Source: Phoronis australis (lineage: Eukaryota; Animalia; Phoronida). Taken from it: a stretch of DNA of 64,000 nt. The notes under the pieces are model-generated. The model was not told the origin of the DNA, did not search any database, and saw nothing but the letters and a program-made list of their open reading frames with translations. Where the stretch lies: the NCBI GenBank assembly GCA_002633005.1, contig NMRA01000027.1:223265-287264 (forward strand). The letters run 5' to 3'. The translations under genes were made by a program, and so were the position numbers. How positions within the stretch are numbered: position 1 is the first letter of the stretch; each line of letters opens with the position of its first letter. Below are positions 38,701-53,700 of the stretch, one piece after another.

Positions 38701-41700
38701 CGAGTCTAATGGAACTGTAAGCAAATAAAGTAGTATTAGTAATTGACTGGATATAAGCCATTCTCTACCATTTCTTGGTCCACGGCAATAAAACCAAATG
38801 ATTTTGAGAAAGCTTTTGATTCATTGTCGTGGAATTTTATTCAAAAAACTTTATCGTTCCTTAATTTTGGTTGGTCAATCAGGTGGGTGAAAGTGTTTTA
38901 CAGTAATATTAAGTCCTGTGTTGTCGTAAATGGTCACCCATCTTCTTGGTTCAATATTTCACGTGGCTGCAGACAAGGTGACCCATTGTCTCCCAACATT
39001 TTTATATTGTGTGCGGAGATTTTGGCGTATTTAATCAAGAATAATAAAAATATTGCTGGTGTAGTTGCTGGGAATAAGGAATATTTGATTTCGCAATATG
39101 CAGACGACACATCAATTACGTTGGATAAGTCGAATTTGTCATTGACTACCACACTGAATGTACTACATTTGTTTGCTAGTGTCTCCGGTCTCCAAGTGAA
39201 TGTGGATAAAACAAAAGCCATATGGTTTTGGAAGTAAAACTGGTAGTGATGACGTGATTCCTACAAAAGAAATTTTGTCTTGGACAAAAAAATCTTTTAG
39301 ATTTTTGGGGGTGGATTTTGACACTCAANATAGTTGAATGGTCGACATCAGCACCCCCTGTGGAGACAGGTCTGCATAGGTCGGAGTGCAGCGGAGGTGG
39401 TATGACCAGTTCATCTGGTTGCTCATCTTGTATGCCAGTACTGGAGAAAAAACAAATGAAATACTGAATGGTGTCACATGTCATTATTAGTTTGTGTTAA
39501 CACACTTCCCACCTTTACAATTATCATATCTTGCGCTCTTATAACTTGCCATAGGGCTACCCTCTCACCCAAGATATCATGTCTTCTATATTAATGGACA
39601 AGTTGCTGACATCATCCTAAGACAAGGACTTGGATCAATCCCAGAATTCACAAAACAACACCAATATGGTAAACAAATGGAGATGTTAGTCTTACAGGAA
39701 CCACCAGAACACCATAAGCACATTTAGATCACAGTGACTGCTCGTCTCGTTTATGGGAATGATGCTAAAGGACGTATTGCTAGTCACTGTAGTGTACCAA
39801 TTTCATCTTTCAGGTACCAGGGCTTGGAATGACCAAAGCCAAAAAAGAGGAAAATATTCCAGGAGATATATCGCTCCCAAGTAGGCTTGTGTGATAGAAA
39901 TATTTCTTGTATAGTGTAGTTTAACTGAAATGCAAATTTTTGCATGAATAAAGTCAAAACAATGACAAAAGGAGAGGAAAAAAGAGTTAAATGGAAATCA
40001 AATAAGGTGAAATTGAAACCAACAAATGAGGAAATCCTTTGAAAAGAGGAAAATTCCAAGCCCAAGACACCAGTTGTTGCCCTTGATATTGCAAGTAGTC
40101 AAGTCAAATGAAGATTATAATTCACCTTTGAACACCTTGATGACATCACATCCTCATTAAATGTTTTAAAAAGAGACAATGGGATTTAGACCATTGTGCA
40201 GTATAAAATGATTTGTACTGTCAGAGCCCTTCTTGTCCACACTGACCATCATTCAAGTGAACCTTGGTTTATGTGATTACATTATTTGACAGACTCAGGC
40301 AAGGCTGGATAATATCAGATAATACTCTGCAACAACCGGAGCACAATTAACAGTTGCTACAGCCAGCTCTAATAAAAGACCTGTGAATAGATTGTCCAGC
40401 TTTGCCACCAATGTATTCACAGCTCACTGCACCCAAAACATAGGTTCAATGAATATGAGGAGATACACTCATATCATAGGGCTCATTTTATCAAAGGTCC
40501 TAAGTCTAGTCATAGCTAAGATGGTTGTAAACAAGTTCTAATGTAAAGGTGGGTTTGTTTGGAAAAGCAACCTAGCATTAAGTTGATAACATGTCACATT
40601 TCGATTCAACAGCTAACTTCACCAGGCACGATCATTAACCGTGTGCAAATATAAAATCAAAGTCACAACAATCTTAGCTAATACTGGACTTCTGACCATT
40701 GATAAAATGGGCATCAAGTTTATAGGACAGAAAAGACTTTTCATCTAAAATTTCCAACCGGTCTAAGAAGTCATTGTATTACAATATGAGGACGTTTAAC
40801 TAATTTATGCATAGAGAAACTAGCTGAGGTACATATCAACAGCCGATGTTAACAAGAAAACAATTTTTAATTGCTTCCTACCCTGGAATATGAATTGAAG
40901 TTTGATACGCTTCTAATGGTGTTTCCGTCACAGCTGTACCCGCCTCTCTTCCCTCCTCTGACAAAGGAGAGTCAGGATTTCCCCATGGCTCGGGTGAGGC
41001 CACCAAAGGACTGGCTTCACTTTTTTCTGACAAGGCAGGTGTCTCTGCTTGCTGGTTTACAGGTGTTGTTGGAGGAGTGACCTCTGGTGTTTGAACATCA
41101 AACTGTTGAAGCGGTGGTGGTGGGATCATCGCTTGAATATCTTGAGGCTCTGGTTCAGCTGGCGCAGATATAAAGGATGGTTCTGAAACAGAAATATAAC
41201 AAATCTGACACACCAAGCTGAATGTCAATACTAAGGGCTATTAAAGTGCTATTCAAATTTCATGAAAAAAGTGTCCACACTGTGGTTATCCTATATCACA
41301 TCTGATAATTTCATTTTAACATACTTGAATAAAATTGACAAATGACGACTAGGTGTGACATTAGTCAAAAACCAAGAAAATTGTTGATGATACCTATGAC
41401 TGAGGGGTCTCCTGCAGTGGCTGGCTCTGACAACACACTGTCTGATGACGAGGATGATGATTCTGTGGCGGATGGCTCTGGTGTAGGAATAGTGTTGACA
41501 GGAGGAGTCCACTGTGTGACCTCTGGTGACTGGCGAGGGGTAACTTCAGGTGTCGGTACTGAGTAGCGCTTCAAGACAAAAACGAGATATTAAGTACCAA
41601 CAGTCATCAATGAAGGAGGCTACTGAAACTCAAGGGTTTTTTGGCTCAGTAGTTAGCAAGGTAAACGCTCGACATAGAGGTAGGGGGTCAGTTGTTGACT

Positions 41701-44700
41701 GCAGAAGTCATGTAACTATGTCAGGTCGCATTATATATACCTGCACTGTTTTTATTTACACAGATGGAAAAGAGGTGTATAGCTAGGGTAATTAAAGCCC
41801 CAAGCAGCACCATGTTCAAAACCATTGTCTTGGTTTATATTTTGAGTTAGAACCCTTTGTTTTGTTTTTTTCAAGTCAAGAATTTTTACAATTGATGGTC
41901 CAAATTGAGTACACAGACTTCAATGGGAAGATTTGTAGCCGTTAACTTGATTTATTTCATTTGAAAGCTTACGATTTTGGCTTGAAGTAACTAATTTTAT
42001 GTGCATTTTTAAATTTAAAAAATTTAATAAATCTTCTCAAATACAGAAATGGAGATTAGCAAGCAAATGTTCAAAACGGATGGCTCACACACACGCGCGC
42101 GCGCACACACACGCACACTCAGAGAAGTCACATAGAACAACCTAGCTGATAGGAATTAAACCCAATAAATAAGATAATCAAACAGCCAATAACGTAGTAC
42201 CCTCTGAGGAAATGTCATCATCGGAGGGCTTAAAGGTCGGTCTTGGTTGCCTATAGGTATTGGTGACTCTGCACGAGGTTCAGCTCGACTTCCCAACATG
42301 GATATGATCTGCTCCTGAAGTACCTCCTTTACTAGAGAGTTCACCAGACCAGTGTCTACTGGCTGCCCAGCATCAACAAACACCTGCACACCACGCTGAC
42401 CAACAGCCTCCACTGAAACACACCGGCAGATACCAATAATTCAAACAGAAATACTGTTCAATCAGACGAGCAGAACACGTGGGTAGACATATGTCATATG
42501 AACATGTACACTGTCTAATCAGGTGAAAGAAAAAACAGGGCAGACATATGTCACTTAAATGTAATGCATGGTTCAATGAGGAGGACAAAATAAGAGACAT
42601 ATATCAACGAACTGTAATGCATTGTCCAATTAAATGCTCAAAATAAATGGATACAGATGTCATTGAACTGTTAATTCATTGTCCAATTACATCACAGATA
42701 CAACCATCATTGTCCAATTACATCACAGATACGACCATCATTGTCCAATTACATCACAGATACGACCATCAAAGCCAATGAGGTGTGAACATCATAATCA
42801 TGGCTATGAAGAAATAGCAAATGATAACTTTGGACCCATGATTCAAGCTATAAATAGGCAGTTTAGAAACCAAGCTATCCTTCACTGACTGAACACTGCT
42901 CCTTAGGGAGATAGTCACGGTTTGTGTGGATTCACGTGTGGACATGGAGGTACACTGCGTCACAAAGAGGTGCATAGTAGCCACGGTTTGTCATGTTTGG
43001 ACATGGAGGTACACAATTTCACAGAGTTGTAAACAGACAAAATAACCTTCTGCAACAAAGCAGAAGAGGCTTGCTCCAGAAGCTATACTTTAAGTGAATT
43101 TGACAATTCCTCAACAGTCCTTTGATCAAAATCTTGTAAACTTTCCAATTTGAAAATAAATATCACATTAAGTGTCATCATTCAGCATCAATTAATTCAA
43201 TTAAAAAAGATTTAAAAAGATTAGCATTTATATTACCCAGAAATCCCTTAAGTTGACAATTTTAACTTATTTCATTACGATGGCACAGCAACAGAGGTTA
43301 AAATGTTGATTGTTTGGTAAACAGAATTCAATGTACAGTAAGATGCATACACAAAGTCGACTGATCGCTGTCCATTGATTCGCCCTCCGTCTTCTTGTTG
43401 TCTCGGGGTTTATTGTCATCATCCTTCAACTGTGATTCATGAATTGAAGTTAACATTCTAGCCATAATTTCCTGTTCAATCCTAAAATAGAAATCAAAAG
43501 TTGCTCAAGAAATATCCATGAAAGTTACAAAGTCACCGACAATACACGCAGCCACATTTTGTTATTATAGATATTCGTACACACTAGACTGAGTAACACT
43601 AGTGAACTTAACATTCAGTCTACAAGGTGTAACTGAGGAACACTGGTGAACTTAACATTGTCTCTACAAGGTGTAGTGCCATTCACAGGAAAACTTATGC
43701 AGATACAGCAAGGAAAACTGAAACAACCATCAGTTGGATCATTTCAATAACCAATGCCAGTCATTCTTTCCTAAATAGTTTCTCATTTACCATGACGACT
43801 TTTCAAGGAATTATTTGCTAGATAAAGAGGTGAATACCAAAATATCAATACTAAACTAACTAAAATTACCCCGAGGGGGCACAGCACAAAGCAGAACAGC
43901 TCAAAAATGACAAGCGCTGTTCTGTCCTGGATAAAATCTCTGTAAAATTTCATGGCACGGCATAATTCATCAAAGTTGGAAAATCTAAAGGCAAATGCAA
44001 AACTGAAACTGCCACTAAGGTGTGTATCAGAGGCTGAAATGTACAACCCATTAAAGAATAACTGAGGGTCAGAGGGATTGTCAGAATATTAACCATGCCC
44101 TTGGTACTAAAATGTGCATGTCAAATGGCATGGCGATCCTTTAACAAAGTTCAACTTGGTAGATATCAAAGGAAACGCAAATAAATGCCACTATAGGGCA
44201 TAGTAGTGGTAGGATTTGTCCTCACTAGAATATCAAAAATTCATCTTGATCCTTCGCTGAACATGGTAGATATTGATTAACTGGTAGAACAATTAACTTT
44301 AATAATGGTGCTTGGATACATCCAAAAATGAAGCTCCGCCACACCCTCAATAGGAGCATATCCCTCATAGCTCATCACAATCTTGAACCATTTGGTAGAG
44401 AAGTAGACAGCAAAATGGAATGAAAATTACAAAATTGCCTCCAAGGGAAAAGCATGACGGAGCCATCCAAAAATCATCATATCACATCATCTTCTCGATG
44501 CAAATGTACCTGCCAAGTTTTGCAAAGATCTATCAAGGAACTTGGTAGATATAAAAATTGCCACCAGGGGACAGAGCAGAGGCCGAGTTTTTCTGAAACT
44601 TGTTTTCATGTCGTTATGTTCATAGGATCACACCTCCCAAATTTCATGAAGATTCATCTGCCGACATTCGACAAAGGATGGCGAATAGAGATGACAGTAA

Positions 44701-47700
44701 AATACACAGGCTAGATTTGATTGAATGTAGAAATTATAATCACATTACATTATTTATATACTAGGCTTACCACTGAGCAGCTCTGTTTTCTAACAGATCT
44801 CTGCGTAAAATAACTTCAGCCAGCTGACTGGAGGATGGATATGTAGGCTCAGAGGGCAGGGGCTGGGGTGGAAAGGCAGGGCCATGGTAATGCGGCACAG
44901 GACCTCGGTGGGTGCCTGGCAAAGCAACACCTTCCCCCTTGAGAGAACCATTATCCTGCCAGGAATGAACATGATTTGTTACAAGAGTAAGTGTTAACAA
45001 ACACCTGTAATCATGTCAATACAGTGTTGTCATGCAAAAATAGAAAATAGCGAAAACTATCAACCATTACACATGTGTAATGCCTAGAAACTGAGGACGA
45101 TGGCGTAGAACTGTAGCCAAGTTAGAGTCATTCACTGGTCTTGTTAGTGCTTCACAAAATTATAAAAGTATACAGATCACGCATCAGGGTATCTCAGCAG
45201 CAAATTTTCCTTGAGACAAGTTTTGTTCAACACAACGTTCCATCAACTGATACCTAATGCGAGTTCTGCCTGCTGCCAATTGGAGTGCTTATCTGTTAAG
45301 GCCATTAAAAATAAATGGAATGTTGAATTTCACTAAACTTGTCTCAAGACCACACGTCAAATATTTTGTAAGAAAATTAGCTGAGTCCAGGAGCACAACA
45401 TGCTATACTGCCCATTATCAACACAAACACAAACACAATATCAAAAATAAAAAAATGTAATAGCTATCTAGTCAACTTGATAGTCTAACTTTAACTACCA
45501 AGTAGTCCATAGTTGTATGAGTACATACATCACTGTCGGAGGGGAGGGAATGTTGTGAAGTCTCCACTGGACCTACTTCCTCTTTGACAAGGCTGTCTGA
45601 CTCAATGTTTACAGAAGGAAGACACTGTTGAAACAATGAGAAACACACATAAAAATTAGTAAAATAAATATGCATAGTTATACTTAAGGTTATGTGGGAA
45701 CCTAGAAAAATGTCCAAATATGGACAACTTCGGAATATCGTAACTCAGAAATTGCTGATCGGATTCACACGAAGCTTTCAGAAACTCTGCTTCATACACT
45801 CTTCTCCAATAATTTTGAAAATGTTCTCTTTTGCATGAGAGACTTTTTTGAAAAAACGCAAAAGTTGCATAAAACGAAATCAGAATTAAGAGAACTGTAA
45901 GGGCGTTTTTGAAATTTTATCATGAACATTTACCTCAAATGAAATTCGGTGATGTAACTGATAACTTTGTTTTGCTATGGATGTACCTAGTTTCTTTTTG
46001 CTCAATTTTACTAATAATACATGGTCACATGACCCAATTAATAACAGACATCAAATCCTACAGGCTTTGCACTTTCAGAAAATATGAACATTTCCCCTGA
46101 GTTAAAATCTTTTTTTCAGATACATAAACTAGTCGATAAGGCCCTACATAACGTAAATCAGGGAGTTTAATGCATTTAACCAACAATGTCATGGAAAAGA
46201 CACGATAACATCAGCAACAGTCCACAATTTCATACTGACAGTCTATTTGAAAAAGTTGAAGGAGATTTTCTAAAAAGTCAAGAGCAGAGCAATATTGTTT
46301 TCTTGGCAGGTGTCTCATCAGTTGGAGGTATTGAGATGTGGTGCTACTCAGTGTTACTTTTGGAGCAAAAACCTACACTTCAGTACACAAGTCATAAATG
46401 TTCATTGACCAAAATAAGAACAGTCCATGAGAAATGACATTTTCATCAACTGGTAAACAATTAACTTCCGCAGTCACAAACATTGTATAACCACTATATA
46501 ACATAATCCTTATTCCCTAAGCTATGACACACCTGTATTGAAAGCTTGTCAATCTTGCTTGTTGCATGCACAACTTCGAACTTCACATTTGTCCGTGTGA
46601 GACGTGCCGCTTCATTTCCAGATCGTCCACCTTCAGTTTGTGCTTTTGGAGTTGAACTCTGCAAGGGCTCCTCTGATGTCAGACTGCCATCGCTGCCATG
46701 TGCTTTTGGTGGCTTTGATGGCATTTGAACATGTTTCACACTTGAACTGTCACCGCTGTGTGATGTAGAACTTCCTTCTGATGAATCAGTCGTGTCACTG
46801 TCATCATGTGGTGACATACGAGTGTCACCACCTTTGGAAACAGTTGTCTCAACATAACCGAAAGCCTGTCCTCCAATACGAGGAGCACCTAAAGGTACTG
46901 CTTTTCCTAAAATAAGGCGAACAGTAGAATTCGGGACAAGAAATTGTAATGACATATACAAGACAGAGAGCATCATTGGTGTATTGATGTGTGTTATTGC
47001 TAGTTGAACAGAGCTGTGATGTATGGGCAGGTATAGTGCGATTGTCATTTCTGGTTTAAGAATTCATCTGTTAATTAACAAATTTTCTTTGTTTTGTGAT
47101 GGGATACCTTCTTACCTTGGTTAGCCTTCTCACTACATATGAACAATAAATAACATTTATTGCTCTTGTTGCTGGTTTTATTGACTTGATATTACATAAT
47201 TCTATGTCAACTGTGTATGGAAGCTTCAACTTCTAGACAATTGATATGTACTTCGTTAGATTGTTTACATAATGCTGCAGCTTTCAGCTAACTACATGTT
47301 CACTTGTCGATCAAACCCAATGAGTAACCCCTGGTAGATAAAATTATAGACCCGCCTCTCCATGTTACATGTCATGACAAAATGAAAGAGTCCAGAGTAT
47401 GTAAAAAGATAGACAAATTTGTAGATGAACATCCACCAAATGACTAGGAAACCTGAGTAGCCAACTACAGTCAAAAGTATTCAGACCAAATGACCTGGAA
47501 TTCCCTACCGTGACATTGGGCGAAAGCTGAATTCAATGCCAGAGTAGTCTCCCTTGATGACCGAGAATGAAAAGGAAGTAACTGGAACATTAGTAAGATG
47601 ACCATTCTGTAATTGGAATAAAGTGCCTTTATCAGTCATTTTTGCTGTTCACAGAAATAGCCATCATGACAAGGAAATGGTATTTTGCCTGATTACTTTC

Positions 47701-50700
47701 GACTTGTAGTGTATCAAAATCTGATCAGCATGTCCACTGTGTAAACGAAGATTCCAAGAAGATGAGGAAACCCAAGGGTCCAAAGTAAGTTCAGTTCAAT
47801 GTGCACTGAAACAGGAAAACCAATGAAGCATTTCACACCAGTTCAAGTCAAGTGAACATATTAAATCTCAACAAAACGCACAATGTTTCTTCATAGGATC
47901 ATGGGAAGAGAAGTACTCACCAGGCTGGTGTGAAAATGGCATTGTCTGCTGATGTCTACTCTGCACCCCAGGTGGTCGTCTGCGTTGTGTCTGAGTACTG
48001 GATGACTGAACAGTGACTGCTGCAATATTTAGAGACAAGCAAACTGCATGATTGAAAGATCTGTGTTGTGTTTTCAATTGTTACTGTCACATAATCCCAG
48101 ACCACACACAGCCTACCCTACAACAACTTGCTCTACTGCAACTTACCTTCTGCCTTATAGCACTTTTGCGACCATACAGCAATTATAAGCGCAAGTTAAA
48201 GTTACCCTAGTGGTGTATGTCGCACCAGACTAATTTAAATACTGTCCAGACAGCCACCAAACCTAGGGACAACTCGTTCCAAGACTACTTTATTCTAGGG
48301 AAAGTCTGTGTGTGCGGATGGCACTATATTGATTCAAACATTTCAGTGGAGGTCTAACAACAAATATTCTGGCCGAGTTTCTAAATCCAGTAGCCTCATG
48401 TACTTGATATCAGAAAGTAAAAGTAAATAGTTCATGAAACATCACGGCACACTGGGTCAGCTGCTTGCCAAGGGTATTGCACTATGAGCACATGACAGTG
48501 CTTCAACTGCCCTTGGACAGGACGTTTGTCTAGGGTAGATTACACCGCCAACCTGCCATTACTCATTGCTATTTGGGTGTTGAGGGATGAGAGATGAGAA
48601 ATGTACATTTTCAAAAATTTATTAATTTATTTATCTGATTCATGTAACCACTAGAGCAATCTAACATTCCAAATGTTTACAAATAAATTACGTGTCAGGA
48701 TCAACCAGTGTGCTCCAACAGCTGTATCGACCTGAGGGAGTTAAGAAGATTGACCGGGTCTATAGCCAGGTAATAACTTATGACGTGCTAATAGTAATTT
48801 ATAGTGCTGAACCAATTATTATTATTATTTGGTGTTTCAATTTTACTTTGACTGAGTTCAAAACATCAAAGTGACACCACAGTAAACAAGTGAATAGCTG
48901 AGTCAACTCAATCAATGCATCTTACTTTGAATGGGTTCAAAACATCAAAGTGACACCAGAGTAAACAAGTGAATAGCTGAGTAACTCAATCAATGCAACT
49001 TATGAAGTGGCATAATTAAGTACACAGCTACCCGACAGCGTAAACCAGCCCTCCATCACAAAAAAGCATCTTACCATGATGAAATCGGTCTAATTGTTCC
49101 TCAGTCAAATTGGAGGCGATTTCAGACTACTGAAAAACTAACAGTTCAATATAGCTTGTCATGGAATGAGAGTCTATAGCCGCTTAAAACTTACAACAAA
49201 GCCGTAGTTTGCGACAAGCATAAAATCAAGTAGTTCTGTAAGATCAAAATATTAAGTAGACCCAACCTCTACACCACATGACTAGAATCAGGAAAAAGTG
49301 AACACTGCAAACAGGCTTCAGATTGACATATTGTGAGTCATTATTGGTTGGTCTGAGTGCTCACTAGTCCATAAATTTGATTGTATCTCCACCAGAAAAA
49401 GGACACTATCATTCATAAACAGCACAACGGCATTAAAAGTGTAGGAATCTTAAATACTGCTGCATATCACAGAGTGAACATGAAATTTTCTTACAAGTGT
49501 CAAACTTCCTAAATCCTAAATTATTTGCAATAATGGGGATTTTTGGTCTGTAATTTCCAACAAGAGTGATTTCATATTAAACACTTGTCACTAATATCAT
49601 ACAAACTACATGTTATGAACCTTTGCAATATTAAACATTTAGTGCATGGTTTACCTGCTGCAACAAATGTCCGTTCTGGAATAGCTTTCTTTGGAGACGA
49701 GATCTTAGGAGGCTGCTTGCTTCTACTAGGACTGGAGGGCCTTGGCCTGCCATACACTCTTTGAATGTAGCTATCATCCATGTAGGCTGGAACAGGTTTC
49801 CATGACTACAACAGAATAGCAGGTGTAATTTGATAAAACCAATATTAAAACTACTAATCTGACATCATAGTACTTGAAATCTGTAGTTCAAACAAGAGTT
49901 TGTTGCTTGAAATTCAGGATCATAACACACACACTCGAAGTGTGTTCCCCATTCTTAAATCATATTGTACTCAGGAGTACAAAACCAATGATACTCATCT
50001 AGTGTTAACACTTACGTAGAAACAAAATATCGACACTAAGGCAGATTATGAGCCCAGAGATTTGATTTCAGGACCTAGCGTCATAGCATAAACATTTCAG
50101 TTTAACTAAAAACCTGGCAGCACCTTGTCTGTTTCTTTCACAACACTTCTTTTGCTTGGCTCCGCCATTGCAGTGGCTTTGGGCTTGTTCTTGGGTTCCC
50201 TGGGCACATGCTTACTCCTAGCACTTGTCTTGGGGTCTTTGACATTTGCTGCTGGCTCTCCTGGCTTCTTTGGATTTCGTTTAGATGTCAACTTGGCAGG
50301 TTTGTTGTTAGTGTCCCTCTCTGGTTCCATGAACTGAACATGGATTGGTGATCTACCATCCGGTTGTAAGGAAGTCTAATAAAAGAATAGACACAATTGT
50401 TGACAGATCATTCATTGTAGATCGCAAGGTTTCACAATTACATTTCTACAGTAATGCACAAGTTAAGATCGCCATTCAGTTTGATTTCGTGCCAATGAGA
50501 TGAAAAGTACATGTGGGTCAGCCAAGGACAGTTGTCGAGATTACTAAAATATGATAAAAACAAATAATTTCTATTAAGCTAGTAACAGTAGCAATGTGAA
50601 AACTATTGAGTCTGTTTTGATCGAATAACGTATGACAATTGATGCACGAATCTAACTCGTTGTCAGATATGACATGTACACAAAGACAACGGAGTAAACA

Positions 50701-53700
50701 ATGACAACTCCTCCGTAATACAAACCACTACACAGAGCTTCACTGACTACTGAAATCTTCCAAACACTTAAAAACTGTGTATCAGTCAGAACTGAATTTT
50801 TTTCAGAATTGTCTTTGTATATCAGAAACTTTTCTGATACCAAGCTCAACATTGTGACATTTTTGCATGACAATGTCACCCGATTACTAGCAGAGCCATT
50901 TGCTATGATACGTTCCATTTTTCTAACGGACAACAGATAATGCTGCCCGACACCACCATTAGAAGATTTTGCCTCACTTAAATAGTCGTGAATTTTAATT
51001 TTTTAGAGACCACAATTGGTTTTACAGCCATGGAACCGATTTTGATTCTAAGTTTTGATTTAGCGATGATGTTGGAGACGAGTGGTTGAATCAATGCAGC
51101 ACTCAATATTACATACCTTAATATCAGCGGATACTGCACCAATTGAGGCGTCCACCAGTTTCTTGATATATGATGTTCTAGTGAAAAATATGTAGAAAAT
51201 GTATAAATTAGTAAACAGTGTGCATACATCAGTATTAAACAGTATGTATGTGTCCGAATATAAAAGATTGTGTATGTGCCAAAATAAAAGTGTGTGTATG
51301 TGTGAACATAAAACAAATTGTGTACGTCAACACAAACAATGTGTTGTGTAAATATAAAACAGTGTATATGTGTGAATATAAAACAGTGTGTATGTGTGAA
51401 TATAAAACAGGATGTATGTGTGAATATAAAAGTGTGAATGTGTGAATATAAAACAGTGTGTATGTGTGAATATAAAACAGTGTGTATGTGTGAATATAAA
51501 ACAGGATGTATGTGTGAATATAAAACAGTGTGTATGTGTGAATATAAAACAGGATGTATGTGTGAATATAAAACAGTGTGAATGTGTGAATATAAAACAG
51601 TGTGTATGTGTGAATATAAATAGTGTGAATGTGTGAATATAAAACAGTATGTATGTGTGAATATATAACAGTGTGAATGTGTGAATATAAAACAGGATGT
51701 ATGTGTGAATATAAAACAGTGTATATGTGTGAATATAAAACAGGNNNNNNNNNNNNNNNNNNNNNNNNNNNNNNNNAATTATTTGCAATAATGGGGATTT
51801 TTGGTCTGTAATTTCCAACAAGAGTGATTTCATATTAAACACTTGTCACTAATATCATACAAACTACATGTTATGAACCTTTGCAATATTAAACATTTAG
51901 TGCATGGTTTACCTGCTGCAACAAATGTCCGTTCTGGAATAGCTTTCTTTGGAGACGAGATCTTAGGAGGCAGCTTGCTTCTACTAGGACTGGAGGGCCT
52001 TGGCCTGCCATACACTCTTTGAATGTAGCTATCATCCATGTAGGCTGGAACAGGTTTCCATGACTACAACAGAATAGCAGGTGTAATTTGATAAACCCAA
52101 TATTAAAACTACTAATCTGAGATCATAGTACTTGAAATCTGTAGTTCAAACAAGAGTTTGTTGCTTGAAATTCAGGTTCATAATGCACACACTCGAATTG
52201 TGTTCCCCATTCTTAGATCATATTGCACTCAATTCAGGGTAATAACGTACACCCTCGAAGTGTGTTCCACAATCTTAGATCATATTGTACTCTGCAGTAC
52301 AAAACCAATGATACTCATCTCGTGTTAACACTTACGTAGAAACAAAATATCGACACTAAGGTAGATTATGAGCCCAGAGATTGGATTTCGGGACCTAGCT
52401 TCATAGCATAAACATTTCAGTTTAACTAAAAACCTGGCATCACCTTGTCCGTTTCTTTCACAACACTTCTTTTGCTTGGCTCCGCCACTGCAGAGGCTTT
52501 GGGCTTGTTCTTGGGTTCCCTGGGCACATGCTTAGTCCTAGCACTTGTCTTGGTGTCTTTGACATTTGCTGCTGGCTCTCCTGGCTTCTTTGGATTTCGT
52601 TTAGATGTCAACTTGGCAGGTTTGTTGTTAGTGTCCCTCTCTGGTTCCATGAACTGAACATGGATTGGTGATCTACCGTCCGGTTGTAAGGAAGTCTAAT
52701 AAAAGAATAGACACAATTGTTGACAGATCATTCATTGTAGATCGCAAGGTTTCACAATTACATTTTTACAGTAATGCACAAGTTAAGATCCCAATTCAGT
52801 TTGATTTCGTGCCAATGAGATGAAAAGTACATGTGGGTCAGCCATAGACAGTTGTCGAGATTACTAAAATATGATAAAAACAAATAATTTCTATTAAGCT
52901 AGTAACAGTAGCACTAGCAATGTGAAAACTATTGAGTCTGTTTTGATCGAATAACGTATGACAATTGATCCACGAATCCAACTCGTTGTCAGATATGACA
53001 TGTACACAAACACAAAGGAGTAAACAATGACAACTCCTCCGTAATACAAACCACTACAGAGAGCTTTAATGACTACTGAATTCTTCCAAACACTTAAAAA
53101 CTGTGTATCAGTCGGAACTGAATTTTTTTTCAGAATTGTCTTTGTATATCGGAAACTTTTCTGATACCAAGCTCAACATTATGACATTTTTGCATGACAA
53201 TGTCACTCGATTACTAGCAGAGCCATTTGCTACGATACGTTCCATTTTTCTAGCGGACAACAGATAATGCTGCCAGACACCACCATGAGAAGATTTTGCC
53301 TCACTTAAATAGTCGTGAATCATGATCGGTTTTACAGCCATGGAATCGATTTTGATTCAATGTTTTTATTTAGCGATGATGTTGGAGACGAGTGGTTGAA
53401 TCAATGCAGCACTCAATATTACATACCTTAATATCAGCAGATACTGCACCAATTGAGGCGTCCACCAGTTTCTTGATATATGATGTTCTAGTCAAAAATA
53501 TGAAGAAAATGTATAAAGCAAATTAGCAAACAGTGGGCATACGTCAGTCTTAAACAGTGTGTATGTGTCCGAATACAAAAGATTGTGTATGAGTCAATAT
53601 CAGAGAAAATTTGTGCGTCAATATAAACAGTGTGTTGTGTAAATATAAAGCAGTGTGTATAAGTGAATATAAAACAATATGTATGTGTGAATATAAAACA

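Noticed and set aside
41640-41700. tRNA/SINE-like A-box TGGCTCAGTAGTTAG
   Set aside because: No B-box or cloverleaf could be built.
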